From NCBI GenBank assembly GCA_018302915.1, contig JAGVZB010000012.1, positions 1 to 16,364 on the forward strand: a DNA stretch of 16,364 nt. Direction: 5' to 3'. The position numbers were made by a program, and so were the translations under genes. A model generated the notes under the pieces. It saw only the letters and a list, made by a program, of their open reading frames with translations. It ran no database searches and was not told the origin of the DNA. Position 1 is the first letter of the stretch. Each line of letters opens with the position of its first letter. Shown here piece by piece: positions 14,676 through 16,364 of the stretch. The DNA is from Candidatus Woesearchaeota archaeon (GTDB lineage Archaea; Nanobdellota; Nanobdellia; SCGC-AAA011-G17; GW2011-AR20).

Positions 14676-14828
14676 ATGTCAAGAAACTTTACAATAACAA
14701 AAAAAATAGCAAAGCATGGAGCTCAATCAGTGATAATCATACCTAAATTTTTATCAAATGAACTAAAGCCAAAGACAATAGTCGAGGTTAAAATCAATGT
14801 TATTAAGGAGGCTAAAAATGAACTATGA
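14676..14828 (+). CDS. Small AbrB/SpoVT/MazE-like DNA-binding protein (50 aa)
   Basis: Absent from the ORF track (below its length cutoff). Translation: MSRNFTITKKIAKHGAQSVIIIPKFLSNELKPKTIVEVKINVIKEAKNEL. It shows the K-x-G-x4-(I/V)-IPK ... V-E-V-K swapped-hairpin pattern. The last 11 nt overlap the next gene's start, and that gene's SD lies inside this ORF. Confidence 0.55.
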   Translation: MSRNFTITKKIAKHGAQSVIIIPKFLSNELKPKTIVEVKINVIKEAKNEL

Positions 14829-16197
14829 AGATTTGAAATTGGGGGAAAAAGCAAAAGAAGCATTCTTAGGAGGCAAATCTACAGAGGATTGTCCTGTTTA
14901 CTTAAATACAAGGCCTGTTATCTATGGATTGAATGTCACTGATTTGGTAATAGCAGGAGTATTGGCTGGCATGAATACCCTTTTGATAGGAAACACAGGC
15001 TGCGGGAAGTCACAGTTGGCAAGGGATATTCATAATTATTATTTTAATGGTTCAAAGAAAAATGGAGGTCATGGGATTTCTATGGAAGGAGACCCAGATT
15101 TGTCTTTAAAGAATATTATAACTAAAATAGACATGAAGAAAGGGGAAAGAGTTCCAAATGGAAATCATGAGGCTCTTTTCTGGAATCTTGAAGAGATTAA
15201 TAGAACTCCTTCAATGATACAAAATCAATTTTATGGTGTTGGTAATGGAAGAGTAATCTTTGAAGATGGAACTTCAGTCCCTATCGGAAGGGATAACTAT
15301 AGGTCTTCAATAGCAACAGCAAATTTTGGAAATGGAGAATTTCAAGGAACTTTTGAAACTGATAAGGCACTTCTCAACAGATTTGGAATTGTAATAGATT
15401 TTGATTATGAAATGTTTGAACCAACATTAGAGGATAGAATGTTAATAAAGCGTCTGAGGGATGCTAATCCAGGAATTAAAGAATCTCCATTAAGGGATTT
15501 TGCTGATAAAATATTAAAAGCATACAGGCAGATATCAGATATAGCAATTGACCCAGGTCTGGAAGCTTTGGCAGTTGCAGATTATATTCAACTAGGGCTT
15601 AGAAACTGTCAGGGAAAAACTACAAGTAAGGATGATAAAGTAGAACCAACAAAAAAAGGGAAATCTTGGCCGATAATATGCCAAGATTGTAGCAAAAATA
15701 AAAATGGGAAATATTTATGCTCTTTGGTGAGAGAACCTCAGGAAAGAACAATGCAGTCTATGATGAGATACGCATCAGCTTTGCATTACCTTGTTAAGAT
15801 TAAAAATCCGGATCAGGAAATTGATCCAGTGGAATTAATGTTCAAGGCTTTTGAACTTACAGCAGCATATCAGCATGTGTTGAATCCAGCAGTATTAAGG
15901 CAGGAGTATATTGAGCAAAATCCTGAGATGATGAGATATGTAGTTAATGAATTGAAAAGAGATTTTAGGGCTAATCAAGATTTTATAATGACTTCATTAT
16001 CAGGAGCTGAAGAAGGTAGAAGAGATTTAGATTACTTTGAGCATGAGGGGAAAGTAAATTTAGGTTATGATAGGCTTAATGATAATGGAAAATCTGAGGT
16101 AACAAAAATAAATCCTTTCACAGACAAAAGGCCTGTTGGTTTAAAATGGGTTAATGATTCAATTGATTTAAATTTAAAATTAAATAATAAGGAGTAA
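14818..16197 (+). CDS. Divergent MoxR-like AAA+ ATPase with a Cys4 insertion in the lid domain and an unassigned C-terminal extension (459 aa)
   Basis: The ORF track starts at ATG 14797. ATG 14818 is preferred because AAGGAGG (14805..14811) lies 6 nt upstream. Walker A is GNTGCGKS (14989..15012). The Walker B box is LFWNLEEINRTP (EEINR at 15190..15204). The MoxR-type block is IATANFGNGEFQGTFETDKALLNRF. The insertion reads C-x23-C-x2-C-x9-C (15607..15720). Confidence 0.7.
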   Translation: MNYEDLKLGEKAKEAFLGGKSTEDCPVYLNTRPVIYGLNVTDLVIAGVLAGMNTLLIGNTGCGKSQLARDIHNYYFNGSKKNGGHGISMEGDPDLSLKNIITKIDMKKGERVPNGNHEALFWNLEEINRTPSMIQNQFYGVGNGRVIFEDGTSVPIGRDNYRSSIATANFGNGEFQGTFETDKALLNRFGIVIDFDYEMFEPTLEDRMLIKRLRDANPGIKESPLRDFADKILKAYRQISDIAIDPGLEALAVADYIQLGLRNCQGKTTSKDDKVEPTKKGKSWPIICQDCSKNKNGKYLCSLVREPQERTMQSMMRYASALHYLVKIKNPDQEIDPVELMFKAFELTAAYQHVLNPAVLRQEYIEQNPEMMRYVVNELKRDFRANQDFIMTSLSGAEEGRRDLDYFEHEGKVNLGYDRLNDNGKSEVTKINPFTDKRPVGLKWVNDSIDLNLKLNNKE

Positions 16198-16199
16198 AA

Positions 16200-16364
16200 A
16201 TGCAGCACATAATAGGGGATAGAAAACCTGGATTGATTCCAAGAGCACCGCAGGAATTGATTGACAGGTTGAACAGAGCAGAATCTCCCAAGGGAAAGAA
16301 AAAGCTTCCAGAAGAGCATGATACAACATCAGTTCATGATTCAGATGATTTCTGGACAATAAAT
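16200..16364 (+). CDS. Hypothetical protein, N-terminal 55 aa only (gene runs off the right edge)
   Basis: The ATG lies 2 nt after the ATPase stop, with AAGGAG (16189..16194) 5 nt upstream. The frame is open to the window end: MQHIIGDRKPGLIPRAPQELIDRLNRAESPKGKKKLPEEHDTTSVHDSDDFWTIN... No family recognisable from this fragment. Confidence 0.5.
   Translation, partial: MQHIIGDRKPGLIPRAPQELIDRLNRAESPKGKKKLPEEHDTTSVHDSDDFWTIN

Noticed and set aside
14797-14817. ATG 14797 as the ATPase start (ORF track)
   Set aside because: The AAGGAGG SD at 14805..14811 lies downstream of it and is correctly spaced for ATG 14818. The extra MLLRRLK would be translated from within the SD region.
16065-16319. 84-aa minus-strand ORF
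   Set aside because: It is antisense across the ATPase / gene 3 junction, where the plus-strand genes have SD sites and tight coupling.
1-16364. CRISPR arrays, IS elements or transposases, integrases, rRNA genes, long direct repeats
   Set aside because: I looked on both strands and found no spaced repeat arrays, no terminal inverted repeats flanking an ORF, no recombinase-like ORFs and no rRNA-like conserved stretches.

Overview
This is an AT-rich (roughly one-third G+C by eye), tightly packed archaeal chromosome segment. The archaeal call rests on ribosomal protein L15e, an archaeal/eukaryotic-type prolyl-tRNA synthetase ending in ...AKSY, CDP-archaeol synthase, tRNA genes without encoded CCA, and TATA boxes 22-30 nt upstream of many start codons (leaderless mRNAs). 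Gene overlaps and content suggest a small-genome, DPANN-like archaeon; this window alone cannot verify that. Content, left to right: (-) a truncated M50/S2P-like protease preceded by two ATGA-coupled micro-genes; (+) an MFS-like transporter, rpl15e, an alpha/beta hydrolase, a frameshifted DHH/DHHA1 phosphoesterase and a secreted, membrane-anchored transglutaminase-like protein; (-) proS, 3-methyladenine DNA glycosylase, tRNA-Pro (anticodon reads AGG), MscS channel, and a carS / CDP-alcohol phosphatidyltransferase / PHP phosphoesterase operon preceded by tRNA-Arg(TCG); (+) an EamA/DMT transporter; (-) an AbrB-like/nucleotidyltransferase fusion gene and a short-form glutamate dehydrogenase; (+) an unannotated 50-aa AbrB-like ORF, a divergent MoxR-type AAA+ ATPase with a Cys4 insertion, and a third coupled gene that runs off the window. 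No CRISPR array, transposase, integrase or rRNA was seen. Most of the window is housekeeping. The least explained part is 12.5-16.4 kb, which holds two AbrB-type modules: one is fused to a nucleotidyltransferase behind a tandem-palindrome operator, and one heads the AAA+ cassette. All family calls come from motif recognition by eye, not from database searches.
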